From: Octopus sinensis
Lineage: Eukaryota
NCBI RefSeq assembly: GCF_006345805.1
Contig: NC_042997.1
Span: 137,206,001-137,270,000, forward strand
Length of the DNA: 64,000 bases
Direction: 5' to 3'
The notes beneath the pieces were generated by a model. It made no database searches. It was not told the origin of the DNA and saw only the letters and a program-made list of their open reading frames with translations. The number at the start of each line of letters is the position of its first letter. The stretch's first letter is position 1. Shown one piece after another: positions 1-12,500 of the stretch. A program made the position numbers and the translations under genes.

Positions 1-1213
1 CAAATGTTAAAAAGCCAGGGTTGGATGCTTGTTTAGAAGCAAATAAGGGACATTTAACCTTGAGTTCAGGGGGGGGGGCATCTAACCTTGAGTCACAAAA
101 ATTTGCTTTACTCTTTTTTTCTCTAACAACCATACAAAAATTAACATAAAACAAAAAAAAATAATAAGTACAGCTGTTATAAGTTATTAGACTGTTGACC
201 ACAATGAGTTCAGACCTTTGTACAACAATAGGTAATTAATATTTATTAATTAGGGCACCACTAAAGAGCTTGTCTTTTATTGTGCCTAAGGAACAAGCCA
301 GCAATTTTCTCTGAGTTTATCAAATTTGTATATATCATTCCTACTGTCCTAGAATATTAGGATGGAAAGTTCTAACATTCATACTTTTCCCAAAAACATT
401 AATGGCATATTTCTTGTTAGACAAAAGTTTTGATAGGAAACTGCATGCATTGAAATATAATTAAATACTCATACTGATATTTTTATTCAATTCATTATTC
501 AAACCAATCAATACAAACATTAAGAATAGATATTCACAAAATCATACTCAAGCATTTAACTGCTGTCAAATCATGTTCTCTTGTGTCTTCAGCTATTATG
601 TCTATTGTCCTTTCCTCTGAAGTTAGATCATATCAAGATGAGTGGTGGTGGTGGTGGGGTCAACCTTTACAAAACAACCACTCATAACATTTCAATTTCA
701 CTTTCTCCTTTTCCAGTTCATTGGGTGGTTGATTTAATCTGTCACTTTTGTTACCATATTTCTATTGAAATATGCTGTTTTTATTTCAATTAATTTTGAA
801 AATAATGACAAATTTAGTAAAATAACATTGTTATACCATGTATTTAGAACATATATTAACATGAAATTTTGATAAAATGTTTTTATTTAAATCACTTTAA
901 AACAGGTAGTGTGTATCAGATTTCTTGTTTAAGGATTATTTCTTCTTTTCCTCCCACCAGTTTTAGAGGCACTGAAAATGGTCATAGCTACTGTTTTTCA
1001 TCTTCTAAGTCACATAAAAAGAAATTACTTGCTTCATTCTTTTTCAGAACAGTATTCTTACCTAAAGGGTATTAAATGTAGCAGCAGTATGAGCTTGCTA
1101 TCAATAATGTAGTTTCTTAACCACATGGTCATACATTCCTAAGTACTTAAAGACACTTAGACAACTTTGATAGTTTTATCTGATGAAATAACAATATCTG
1201 CCTTTTATTTCAG

Positions 1214-4200
1214 ATGAATAAGAAGATCAATGATTTGAATAAAAAAACTGAAGAAACTCTCAACAGAAAAGCACAACTGGAGAAACTAGTGACTGAATCA
1301 AAAACAAAGAGAGAAGATAATGTAATATAATTTTGATGTTTGTGTTGATATTTATTGTTAATATTTTTAGGCAAGTTTATTGTTTTACATGATTTTTTTT
1401 AATGCAAGCAAAGGAAAGTGAGATGTTTTTCTAATTTGATTTCTTTTTCAAATTTAGGAATTTATATATAATTTTTGGAGCAATTGTTTTTACAGTATGA
1501 ATGTATTTCTACCTGCTAATTATTCAGCTATGCATTAGAAGTAAATCCTATTGTCATTCACACAGGCTGAGTAAGCAGAGATACATACCTTACCTCAGGT
1601 ACTATGATATGGTTTGAATATCGTGTATTAAATACAGTAGCAAATTTCAGTCTCACAACCTATAGTTCTTTAACTATACACAATCACTATTCATCTTGTA
1701 CATTAAACATTGATTTCTTAGAGAAGTATAAAGCCAGAGATTTTTAAGGTAACAGAAATTTTATTATACTTTCTATAAGAGCATCCTTTATTATTTAGTA
1801 AAGTAATAATGTGCATCTCTATACATCATCATTGTTTGACGTTAGACAGTTTGACAGGAGCTGGCCAGACAGAAGACTGCACATTACTTCTGTGTCTGTT
1901 TTGGCATGGTTTTTACAGCTGAATGCTCTTCCTAACACCAACCATCCGGCAGAGTGCTTTTTACATGGCACCAGCACAGGCAAGGTCAGTTTTGGCATGG
2001 TTTTTACAGCTTGATGCCCTTCCAGATGCCAACGAGTTAACAGTGTGGACTGGGTGCTTTTTTAAGTGGCACCAGCACTGGCCTTAATAGAAAAGTACAA
2101 CATACCTGATTAATTTACATAGCAGAATTGCTAATTAAACCATTTCATAGAATACAAACTCGGTCTTATACAATAACTTTAACCTTCATTGTGCATCTCA
2201 TAGCCTTGTATTTGTGAGTCTTTTGCAAAAAATCATCATCATCGTTTAACGTCTGCTTTCCATACTAGCATGGGTTGGACGATTTGACTGAGGACTGGTG
2301 AACCAGATAGCTGCACCAGGCTCCAATCTGATCTGGCAGAGTTTCTACAGCTGGATGCTCTTCTAACGCCAACCACTCCGAGAGTGTAGTGGGTGCTTTT
2401 ATGTGTCACCGACACAGGGGACAGTTAGGTGATACTGGCAACGTCCACACTCAAATTGTGTTTTTTTACGTGCCACCTGCACAGGAGCCAGTCCAGCGGC
2501 ACTGGCAATGACCTCACTCAAATGTTTTTTTACGTGCCAGTAAGGCGACACTGGGAACGATCACGCTCGAATGGTGCTTTTTACATGCCACCAGCACGGA
2601 AGCCAGTCAGGTGCTCTGGCAACAATCACGCTCGGATGGTGCTCTTATCGCTCCACTAGCATATATGCCAGTCATCAAATTTGATTTCGATTTCGCTTGC
2701 CTCAACAGGTCTTTGCAAGCTGAGTTTAGTGTTCAATGAAGGAAAGGTACGCATAAGTGGGCTGGTTACACTCTTGGCATAGGCCACGAGGTTATGGTCT
2801 CACTTGGCTTGCCAGGTCTACTCAAGCACAGCATATTTCCAAAGGTCCCAGTCACTAGTCATTGCCTCAGTGAGGCCTAGTGTTCGAAGGTCATGCTTCA
2901 CCACCTCATCCCAAGTCTTCCTGGGTCTACCTCTTCCACAGGTTCCCTCAACCGCTAGGGTATGGTACTTTTTCACATAGCTATCCTCATCCATTCTTGC
3001 CACATGACCATACCAGCGCAGTTGTCTTTCTTGCACGCCACATCTAATGCTTCTTAGGTCCAACTTTTCTCTCAAGGTACTTACACTCTGTCAACTATGC
3101 TCACTAACATTACACATCCATCAGAGCATACTGGCTTCATTCCTTGTGAGCTTATGCATGTCCTCAGCAGTCACGGCCCATGTTTCACTGCCATGTAGCA
3201 TGGCTGTTTGTACACATGCGTCATACAGTCTACCTTTTACTGAGAGGCCCTTTGTCACCAGCAGAGGTAAAAGCTCTCTGAACTTTGTCCGGGCTATTCT
3301 TATTCTAGTAGCTACATTTTCAGTGCACCCTCCCCTGCTACTGACTTGGTCACTTAGGTAACGGAAGCTATCAACTACTTGTAGTTTTTCTCCCTGGAAT
3401 GTGACAGAAGCTGTTCTCTGCACATTTTCAGTGTTTATAGCACCTGAGCACCTGCCACATACAAAAGCTATCTTCCCAGTTAGCCTTCCTTTGATATTGC
3501 TGCACCTCTTATTTGTCCATAGCTTACACTGGGTACATTTCTATAGAGTTTCTGCCGACAACTTTTCTACAGATTGAGCAGGGCCATCTACCTGAAGGGA
3601 TTTGTGGTTTGTCTGCTTTCATACTTATTAGGACTTTGGTTTTAGCTAGGTTGACCTTAAGGCACTTCGATTCTAATCCTTGTTTCCACACCTGAAACTT
3701 CTCTAGTTCTGATAGTGAATCAGCATAGAGGAGCTCCCAGGGGCATCCTGTCTTGAATTCCTCTGTTATTGCCTGGAGGACTATGATAAATAGGAGGCTG
3801 AGGACTGAACCTTGGTGGACCCCTACCTCTACCTGGAATTCTTCACTGTACTCGTTACCAACCCTCACCTTACTGACAGCATCCCTGTACATGGCTTGCA
3901 CATCTATGTCGTTAATTTGAATACAACCATTAATTTCTGTTGTGATATTGATTTAAGGCTATTTTTGTTTTAATGTGAACATCTAGGTGGTTCATGACAA
4001 TAACATCATCATTTAATGTCCACTTTCCATGCTAGCATGGGTTAGATGGCTTGGCTGGAACTGATAAGTTGAAGAGCTGCACCAGGTTCCAGTCTGAACT
4101 TGGCTTGATTTCCACAGTCAGATGCCCTTCCTAATGCCAACCACTTCAAGAGTGAGTGAGTGCCTTTTATGTGTCACTGACATAGGTGCTTTTACGTGTC

Positions 4201-5207
4201 ATCAGCATGGGTGCTTTTACGTCTCTCTGCCACGGGTGCTGTTTTGTATTGCCAACATGAGTGCTTTTATGTATCACCAGCACAGACCACTACAATGATT
4301 TAATGTGGCTTGACAAGTTTTCTCAAGCACAGAAAACCTAAATATTTTTTTTTTTTAAATATTGCAAATTAAAATATGAAAAATATTTTCTTTCTCTCTC
4401 TTTCTCTCAGGAAGAACGTGACAATATTCTAAAAGAGCTGGAAAAAAAGAAAGAGGAAAACAAGCAGCTGATATCAGAAGTTGAATGCTACCAAGAATGT
4501 GATCCTGATGTCATTGAAGGGGTAAAGAATCAGGTCGTATTGGCTAAAGAAACAATTAACAGGTGGACAGGTAAGAAATACAATGATACAATTTGTTTAA
4601 GTAAGTAAAATTATATTTACAATAGAGTATATGTATATCAACATCATCATCTTAACATCTATGTTACCATTTGCATGGTTCTGACAAGTTGAGTCACGGT
4701 TTTCTAAGGCCAGATGCCCTTCTTGATGCCAAGCCCTGCTTATTTCCATACAAGGTAATAATCTCCTAGTCTATGACAAATAGCTTGGGCATGGTTACAC
4801 AGAAAATTGGAAACAAATGACTCTGGTTAAACAAGCCTTTTTTGTTTACTATGTTCATGCAATGTGTCTAGAAGCCTAGGTATGCTTTCATGGTGGGCTG
4901 CAAGCAAATGACATTGTTTGCTTACAAGGCCATTGTTTACAACCAGTAAACACAGATTAACGCACTAAGAAATATGAACATGCACAGATACAAATATATA
5001 TATATATTTTCATATGTACATGCATAGGAGTCTCTGAAAGTGAAAATACTTACATACACATTGTGTGTGTGTTTGTTTTTATTTAATACTTTTTTTTTTC
5101 CAGACAATATATTTTCAACAAAATCTTGGATTAAAAGAAAGTTTGCATTTGAAGAACGCATTATTGACAAACAGTTTGGCATTCCAGAAGATTTTGATTA
5201 TATTTAA
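1214..5207 (+). CDS. MND1: Meiotic nuclear division protein 1, 3' portion. Exons 1214-1321, 4411-4570, 5104-5207; upstream exons lie outside the window
   Basis: AG/GT-bounded, phase-consistent exons splice to ...EDN|[10 protein letters not shown]...[25 protein letters not shown]|[34 protein letters not shown]. This matches the recognisable MND1 C-terminus (CDP..V..., RWTDNIF..KSW.KRKF...FGIPEDFDY). AATAAA at about 5253. Confidence 0.93.
2233..3905 (-). mobile_element. 5'-truncated, frameshifted RTE-clade LINE (RT C-terminal half plus 3' UTR) in a MND1 intron
   Basis: Minus-strand ORFs 3524-3901 ([14 protein letters not shown]), 3121-3423 (DSFRYL..LHGSETW) and 2818-3075 ([17 protein letters not shown]) are RTE-type RT segments. 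The 3' end carries an (ATG)n tail, seen as catcatcatc at about 2234. Confidence 0.85.
4005..4330 (-). mobile_element. Short RTE 3'-end copy or RTE-tail SINE. Similar copies at about 1825-2080, 6110-6390, 13430-13650, 61686-61740 and 62600-62750
   Basis: Shares catcat..tttaa(c/t)gtc..tttccatgctagcatggg..gatgcccttcctaa(t/c)gccaacca with the 3' UTR of the RTE at 2233. Confidence 0.65.
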
Positions 5208-5582
5208 TAAGAAATTGCTTTATTTAATTTTTCTGATTATTTGGTTTTGATTAATAAAATATATTTTTTTTAAATATACCTTTGCATTGTTCCAATTTTT
5301 TTAATATAATAAGATTCTGCGAATACCAGACTTAGCAGAGATAGAAAATTGTTTTATTAGTATGAGATCTTATTGGATACCTCAGTGGGTCCCATCATAT
5401 TCAGCTTGTAACTGAGGTTATTATGTCTTTAAGACTCGAGTTAATAAATATCATGGCATGCTTTACTAACTGTATCTCTAATTCAGGCATGATTATCATT
5501 ATTCCATTATTGATTTACATGTTTTTTTTGTTTGTTTTTTTGCAATGAATTTTGTCCTGGTTTACAAAAATTTCTTCTCCAT

Positions 5583-5952
5583 AGGTGCAGGCATGGCTGT
5601 GTAGTAAGAAGCTTGCTTCCCAACCACTTCAAGTTCAGTCTCACTGCATGGCACCTTCAGCAAGTGTCTTCTACTATAGCTGTGGGTTGACCAAAGCCTT
5701 GTGAGTGGATTTGATAGACAGAAGCTGAAAGAAGCCTGTCGTGTGTGTGTATCTTTGTTTGTCCCCCACCACCACTTGACAACTGGTGTTGGTGTGTTTA
5801 CATCCCTGTAACTTACTGGTTCAGCAAAAGAACCCATAGAATAAGTACTAGGCTTAAGAAAAAAAATGGGATTGATTTGTTCAACTAAAATTCTTTAAGG
5901 TAGTACCCCAGCATGGCTGCAATCAAATGATTGAACCAAGTAAAAGATAAGA
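5583..5952 (+). mobile_element. tRNA-derived SINE with a CORE-like ccttgggcaagtg segment. Other copies at about 11890-12030, 28210-28350, 33180-33503, 57205-57555 (-), 59923-60135 and 60220-60570 (-)
   Basis: tRNA-like head (ggcatggctgtg..taagaagcttgcttcccaacca..gttcagtc), shared body and a taaaaga tail, repeated many times in the window. Confidence 0.75.
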
Positions 5953-6800
5953 TTTGTTCTTAGCCTTTGTTGTTATGTCCACAAGAATTGCCTCCCTTTT
6001 TTTTTTTTTTTTTTCTTTAACAGTTCATAGCTTTTATCTCCTGTGGGCTTAGTCTTTTATTTCACTCTACAAGTGTTATGCATCCTAATCAACATTTGCT
6101 CAAAAAGACTCATACTCTAGAGCAGAAGTATTAAGGCCACTGCCCCTGGTGAAGAGGTTTGGCCTGCAAGAGTTCTATACAGGTGCCACATAAAAAGAAC
6201 TCGTGCTGGTGCCACATAAAAGCACCCAGCACATATTGTAAAATGGTCAGCATTGGGAAGAACATCCAGCCATAGAAACCATGTCAAATCAGACTGGAAC
6301 CTGGTGAAGCTCTCTGGTTTGCCAGCTCTGGTCAAACTGTCCAACCTATGCCAGCATCAAAAACAGACGGTAAATGATGATGATAATATGCTACTGATTA
6401 AAATACTTGCCATTATCTTTTGTCCAATTCATATATGTGTAAGAAATGGCTATTATTAATATACCTTATAAATCTGTGCTCTATACATTCATATCATTGT
6501 CATGTCTACCATATTATCTGGTCATGCTGAACACACAGACCAAATTATCATATATACATATTATATCAGGTAGGTTTAAATTTCCGTCACACTATTTTCT
6601 TCTGTAGTTTTGGTTTGGGTTGACCCATAGCTTTACGACTCAAATTTGGTAGATGAAAACGCTACAGAAACCCATCATGTGTATTTGAGTGTTTTTGACA
6701 GCACTGCCAGTTAAAGAAGTGTTGCATCAAAAAAGCTAATTAGAAATCAATAAAATAAGAAATTAGTAACGGAGTCAATTGATCAATTAAGAGCACTTAA

Positions 6801-7009
6801 TCCTGTCAATACCAACCCGTCTGAGACTGCCCCAGGTTCTATGACATTAACTTACTGTTTTAATGTATCTAAATTATCGAAATTTTATGCTAATTTGTTC
6901 CAGACATCAGCTTAATAATGAGGAAGTTATTTTACTATACTGTCTATTATTTCAAAAGTTAATTGGAACAAAGGTAGTATATGCTGATAGAAATATGGTA
7001 ACAAAAGGG
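6801..7009. mobile_element. Degenerate TTAA-flanked piggyBac-type MITE
   Basis: TTAA at 6797-6800 and 7010-7013. The right end ggtaacaaaaggg|ttaa resembles the TIR of the 52931-53949 element; the left TIR is degenerate (8/13). Confidence 0.4.
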
Positions 7010-9522
7010 TTAAATATGACAATCCAATGACAGACGGGTGGAAAACAATAACCAGTATATTACCATGCCTTAATGTAGTCAGTAAGCAGATGACAATGAC
7101 ATTTCTGGTTATCAGACACAAATATTTACATTTTTTAAAAATATCTTGTTAATTGAAAGTTCAGTAAGCTACAAAAAGTTAAATATCACAAACAATAATG
7201 TATATTGATAACTTTCTTAAAGGGAGTTTATTAAAAATATTTAAACTCATTCTTACAACATAAACTTCTGCTGCTGAGTATTATAGAAAGCTAGATAAAT
7301 TATATGGCTGTTTAGAAAAGATGTGTCATTCATAAAAAAAGCGACAAAGAAAAGATATAACATTCATATATCTCAAGCATTTATACAGTTCATGGATTTG
7401 ATTTACAAAGTAATTATTGACATTCACTTTGCCACCACATAATTCCAGATTTGATCATGCTACACAACACTTTGGGCAAGTGGCTTCTACTATAGCCTTG
7501 GTTTGATCAATACTTTGAAAGTGTAATTTGAATGATGGGAACTATAGAGAACCCTTCATATAAGAATATGTTCATTTGCACCGGTCTAAAAACTTATGTT
7601 GCACCCCTCTATGTCTTGAACTCAGCAGTTCAACAAATGCATAATGATAAAATAAATACTTGAAGACAGTGCCCCAGCATGGCTGTAGTCTTACAACTAA
7701 AACCAGTAAGAGAATATCACTATTTTGAAGATTAATAAAGTTAATAAATTAGGAAATAACAGAGATATTATTGATTATAGAATGTCATGTTTTACTCATT
7801 GTAAAAATATTTCCTCATCTAACTATATACAAGAAAAACCATATGCAGTGATTATACAAATGTATAGTATGAGTTTTATAGATTTTATTTTCTTAGGTGC
7901 ATGAAATTATATTTATTGTTGTACTTTAAAAAAAATCAAGTGCATGTATATTATGTTTTTTGCATTCAATCATGTTAGATGCATATACCATTAGAATTGC
8001 TATGTAAAGGTGGTCTCAAATTTTTTTTTTTATTGTTTGAAACCAGGAAGAAAAGCATAAATTCAGATTGACATTAAACATGATTAAACCAAGAAAATTG
8101 TTAGTGGATACTAACTCTACAGTACAATGGATTAACAATCAAAGCAACCTGTCATGGCTCAGACTCAAAGAGCAGTGAGTTTGATGACTTAATGATTACT
8201 AGTGAATAGTTATATTGAGAACAGAATAAAGAACTGCTGTGAAATGTGAATTGATGGCAACCAGCTTTGATGCAAGAAGTCAGAACAAGGGTGATCAGAA
8301 CTCACTTCAACTAAAATTACCAAACATGTAATATTTGTCTGTTGTCAAAAAAATTCAGAAACCCAGCATAAGAGGTTTTGTTCTAGTATGTAATATGAAT
8401 TTATCATGTTGTACATAATACATCATCCTTCTCAAAACAATAATTAAACCAAAAATAGTCTAAATATTTGAGTGTGATTTCTGATAATAGGAGGTACAGA
8501 TAAACTATTGATCCAAAGAAAATATGTTCATATTAACATTAGTTTGAATTTTCAGGCAACTGTGCTAAACATACAAGAAATAGTAGCCAAATCTCCCTCA
8601 TCACACCCTACTTTTAGAAAGGCGAGATATAATGAAGTCCTAAATATACTGTCTGAAAAGAAAAAATAGGATGCTCACAGCCAGAACTCCTTTGATCATT
8701 GGTTTGTTCAGTTAGAGCTGACATAGGACTAGATAATAACCAGAAGTCTATCTAGTAGTAAAATAAATAAACCTTCTGAGAATTAGGATGACCAATGGAT
8801 GGAAAAGCATATCAGATTTGTTAAAAAAACAAATATATGAAGTATTTGCCTCATCTCTGACACATCAGCAGTTTTAGCTCAATATTTTCAGTTTGCAATA
8901 GACAAACCAAAAACTGCTTTTCCATTATCAATGAATCTTCAACTAGTATTTGATCTGTATTGCCTCCTACTTCTCTAACATAGAATATAGTTAATAAAAG
9001 CAGTCTGAAGATACTTAGCTTTTGTATATATGTATAATGTCATCTTGTATCTTCACTGATCTGATATATATAAAATAATTATGATTTAGACCAAGTAGCC
9101 ACTGAAGTAAGAGTATATATTAGGATTAATAATTGTTAACAAGGCTCAAGGTTGATAATACTTTGGCTCATATTTTATTTAGAACTCATTTATTCTTCTG
9201 AGATGAATAAAACAATTACTTAGACCAATTAGAAAATAGAGACTGGATGTTAGATGCAGCAATTCAGAGGTTCATCAATGCACTTTCAATCATACTAGAA
9301 CTAGCATCCTATTCACAAGTTAAAGTACCTTCAACAACTTAAAGCTAGAGAAACAAGTATATTATCTCTTGATCCAGATTATAAAACAAATGTTTAAATG
9401 AAGATGAAATAAATGGTTTTGATAAAAACAAATTGAGAACTTAAATATTTTTATCTTAGTCTTTGTGTATAAGCAGAGTGAACGGTTTCTATATTTCTGT
9501 ACACTTACGAAAGGAGATAAGT

Positions 9523-12500
9523 TTATCTATCTGATAATATACCAGAATTGAGCTTATCAGCTGTGATAGAGTTCAGTATAGATGTGTGAGAAAATGTTGG
9601 TGTTTGAGATGAAGACGACGTTACTATTTGTTGCTGATTAGAATGTTTGGAACTATTCTGATTTTGATCAGTCAGTAATATTTGAAAAAAGTCATTGTCT
9701 TGTGACTGAGATTTGATCATCTGCTTACCAACTTGAGCAGAATAATCCTGCTGAGCAAGTTGATTTGGTACTGAATCAGGCAGTTGAAAGTTACTCTCAT
9801 TACAGGGAAGTTCACTGCTGGCAGTTTTCAGTAGTTGAAGTCCTTGGTTAGGTCGATAACTAAACTTTGCAGCCAGTTCCCATTTGTGTACATTACGTGT
9901 GTGTTGATTGCGTTTGTCAGAACGTGTGAATGCACGTTGACAATATTCACACACATATGGTTTTTCACCTGTGTGTGTGCGAATATGTATGTTCAGCTTA
10001 TCTGAATCTGCAAATCCTTTGTTACAATATGCACATTTATAGGGTCGTTCACCAGTATGAGATCTCATATGAATAGTCCGTTTGTTGGATTTTGAAAATG
10101 TACGATCACAATAATCACATTTATAGGGTTTTATACCTATATTAAAAAAAAAAAGAAAAACAATTTAAATCATCAACATAACCACAAATTTCTCTTCAAT
10201 AAAATATTCTAATACAAATATTTGCTGCTTTTATAAAAGGAAATACAATGGGTTAAAATATCAGCCATGATAAATATACAAGGAAAGACTTTGATTCTTG
10301 ATATGTAATTACAACACAAAAGAAAATATAATGCATAACATATATGAGAACAAAGACTGGTGGAGGTGTTTTCTATTGCTCTGTACTCTACACACCAACA
10401 ACAAAGACTGGTAGATTTTTTTCTATTGCTGGTGTGTTAGATGATGAAGGACCTCAACAGGTGGGAAGATGCTGAGAACCTTATCCAGTACATGTCAACA
10501 TGGAAAAATAAAAGAAATTGTGATGATGCATGTCTTAAATGGGTATTTTGATGCAGTTGTTTCAATTTCAATACACTGTTAGATCAAACCATTTACCAAA
10601 TCCCAAAATGAAAAAAGCATGCTTTTGTTAATTTATAAAGTAACTATCACAAAAGCCTTAAATAAGATATTCAAAGAAATATTTCTCAAGAAATGCCAAT
10701 CTCTAACTGTGGAGGTAATGTGTGGAAGGAGTGGACCCAGGAAGATATGGGATGAAGTTGTGAAAAAAGATCTTCAGGCATTGGGCCTCACAGACAGGAT
10801 GACAAGAGACCAAGACTTCTGGAAGTTTGCTATGCTTGAGAAGACACATCAAGCTAAGTAAAATCCTGATTGTGTTTGTATACAGGCATTCTCCTGCATC
10901 CCTCTTCAGCTGAGCAATCCTAATCTTGTGGGTTCATGGGTGCTGGTACCATGTAAAAAGCACTTGTGCTAGTGCTGCATAAAAGCACACAATACATTCT
11001 ATAATGTGGTTGGCATTAGGAAGGGCATCCAGCCATAGAAACCATGCCAAAACTGATATGGATCCCAAGCAGCTCTTCAGCTGTCCAGCCCTGCCAGCAT
11101 GGAAGACATGTTAAATGATGATAATGATCTCTATATATATATAAGCAGCAAAATGTCTCTGTGTGTGCGTATCCTTTATACAAATCCACAATTTTTCAGT
11201 TAGAGGGCTCGCACTTTCTATGGTTATTCAAAACCGTCCAAGGGTGGTCGTGCACATCTTTACATTTCCCCAGTCACCCCGCAAAGCCATTAAAAAATCA
11301 ATAGAAGTGACTTTTTGTGAATTTTCTATCCAAAACCCAATCAAAATGCCCAAAACTTGATATGCCAATTGAAAGCTTGCTAGCTGTATGTGATTGGTTT
11401 GAGATTTGGATAGTACATGCGTGTATGTGCGCACGCACGCAGCTGTATATGCATGCACTAGCACTATGACCCAGCGTTGCCGGATCATAGTGCTAGTTAT
11501 TATATAAAATACATTTTATATGAAACATATTGCTTAGGTTATATAACATAAAATCTATACATTTTGACCAATTGGACTTAATGAAGCATAACAGTAGTCT
11601 TTTAACTGATTTCTACTTAGAAATATGACCAACATAATAATGCTAATAATAATACTGTTAACTGCTGTACTTGTATTTATGTAATTGAAACTGCTCCTTT
11701 TATCACTCTTTCTAAGTGAAAACCCACACAAACTCTAAAAATGACTGATGAAATAACTAGCCTGTGAAGGAGAGAGAGAAGAGGAAAGGGAAAATTATTC
11801 ACAGGTAGATATTTTGTTAAACAGGAAGCTGACACGAGGAAATGTAGTCCCATATATACATGCTAGATCGTGTGTGTATGCGTGAACTTAGTAATGGCTG
11901 TGTGGTTAAGAAGTTTACTTCCCAACCACTTGGTTCTGGATTCAGTTCTACTGTGCAACACCCTGGGCAAGTGTCTTTTATTACAGACTCAGGTTGATCA
12001 AAGCCTTATGAATGGACTTGGTAGACACATGAGTGTCTTTGTGTTTGTTTATATTTCCACTTCTCTAAAAATTGAAGTAGTGATGTTATTTCTCCAGTTA
12101 ACAAATCATGCACTGGCTTTGTGCCTTTAAAGTCATGTGAAATAAGAGACCCCTTACTTGAGAAACATGTAAGGGTTAGTAACAGAAAGGACATTTGGCT
12201 GTAAAACAATTCCTCGATAATATGTTCATCTAACCCATACTAGCATGGGAAAATAGACATAAAAACAAAGAAAGGAGAATGTATATCTTTATTATAATAG
12301 CTAGCATGAGAGTGTCAGTGGAGAAAGAAAATAGCAACTTCTGAAACAACTGTGAACTTCAATCCTTGATCTGCAGCCTAGACTACTGATGTATGTAGTG
12401 TGTGTGTGTGTAAATTTATAATGAATATCCTTATTATTGACCAACAGAAAACCCATCTAGATGGATGACTTTTCTAGTAACATATTAAAAGATGCTTTAC

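Noticed and set aside
2390-2600. Regularly spaced short repeats resembling a CRISPR array
   Set aside because: Eukaryotic context, degenerate repeats, irregular spacing, located in a LINE 3' UTR, and no cas genes.
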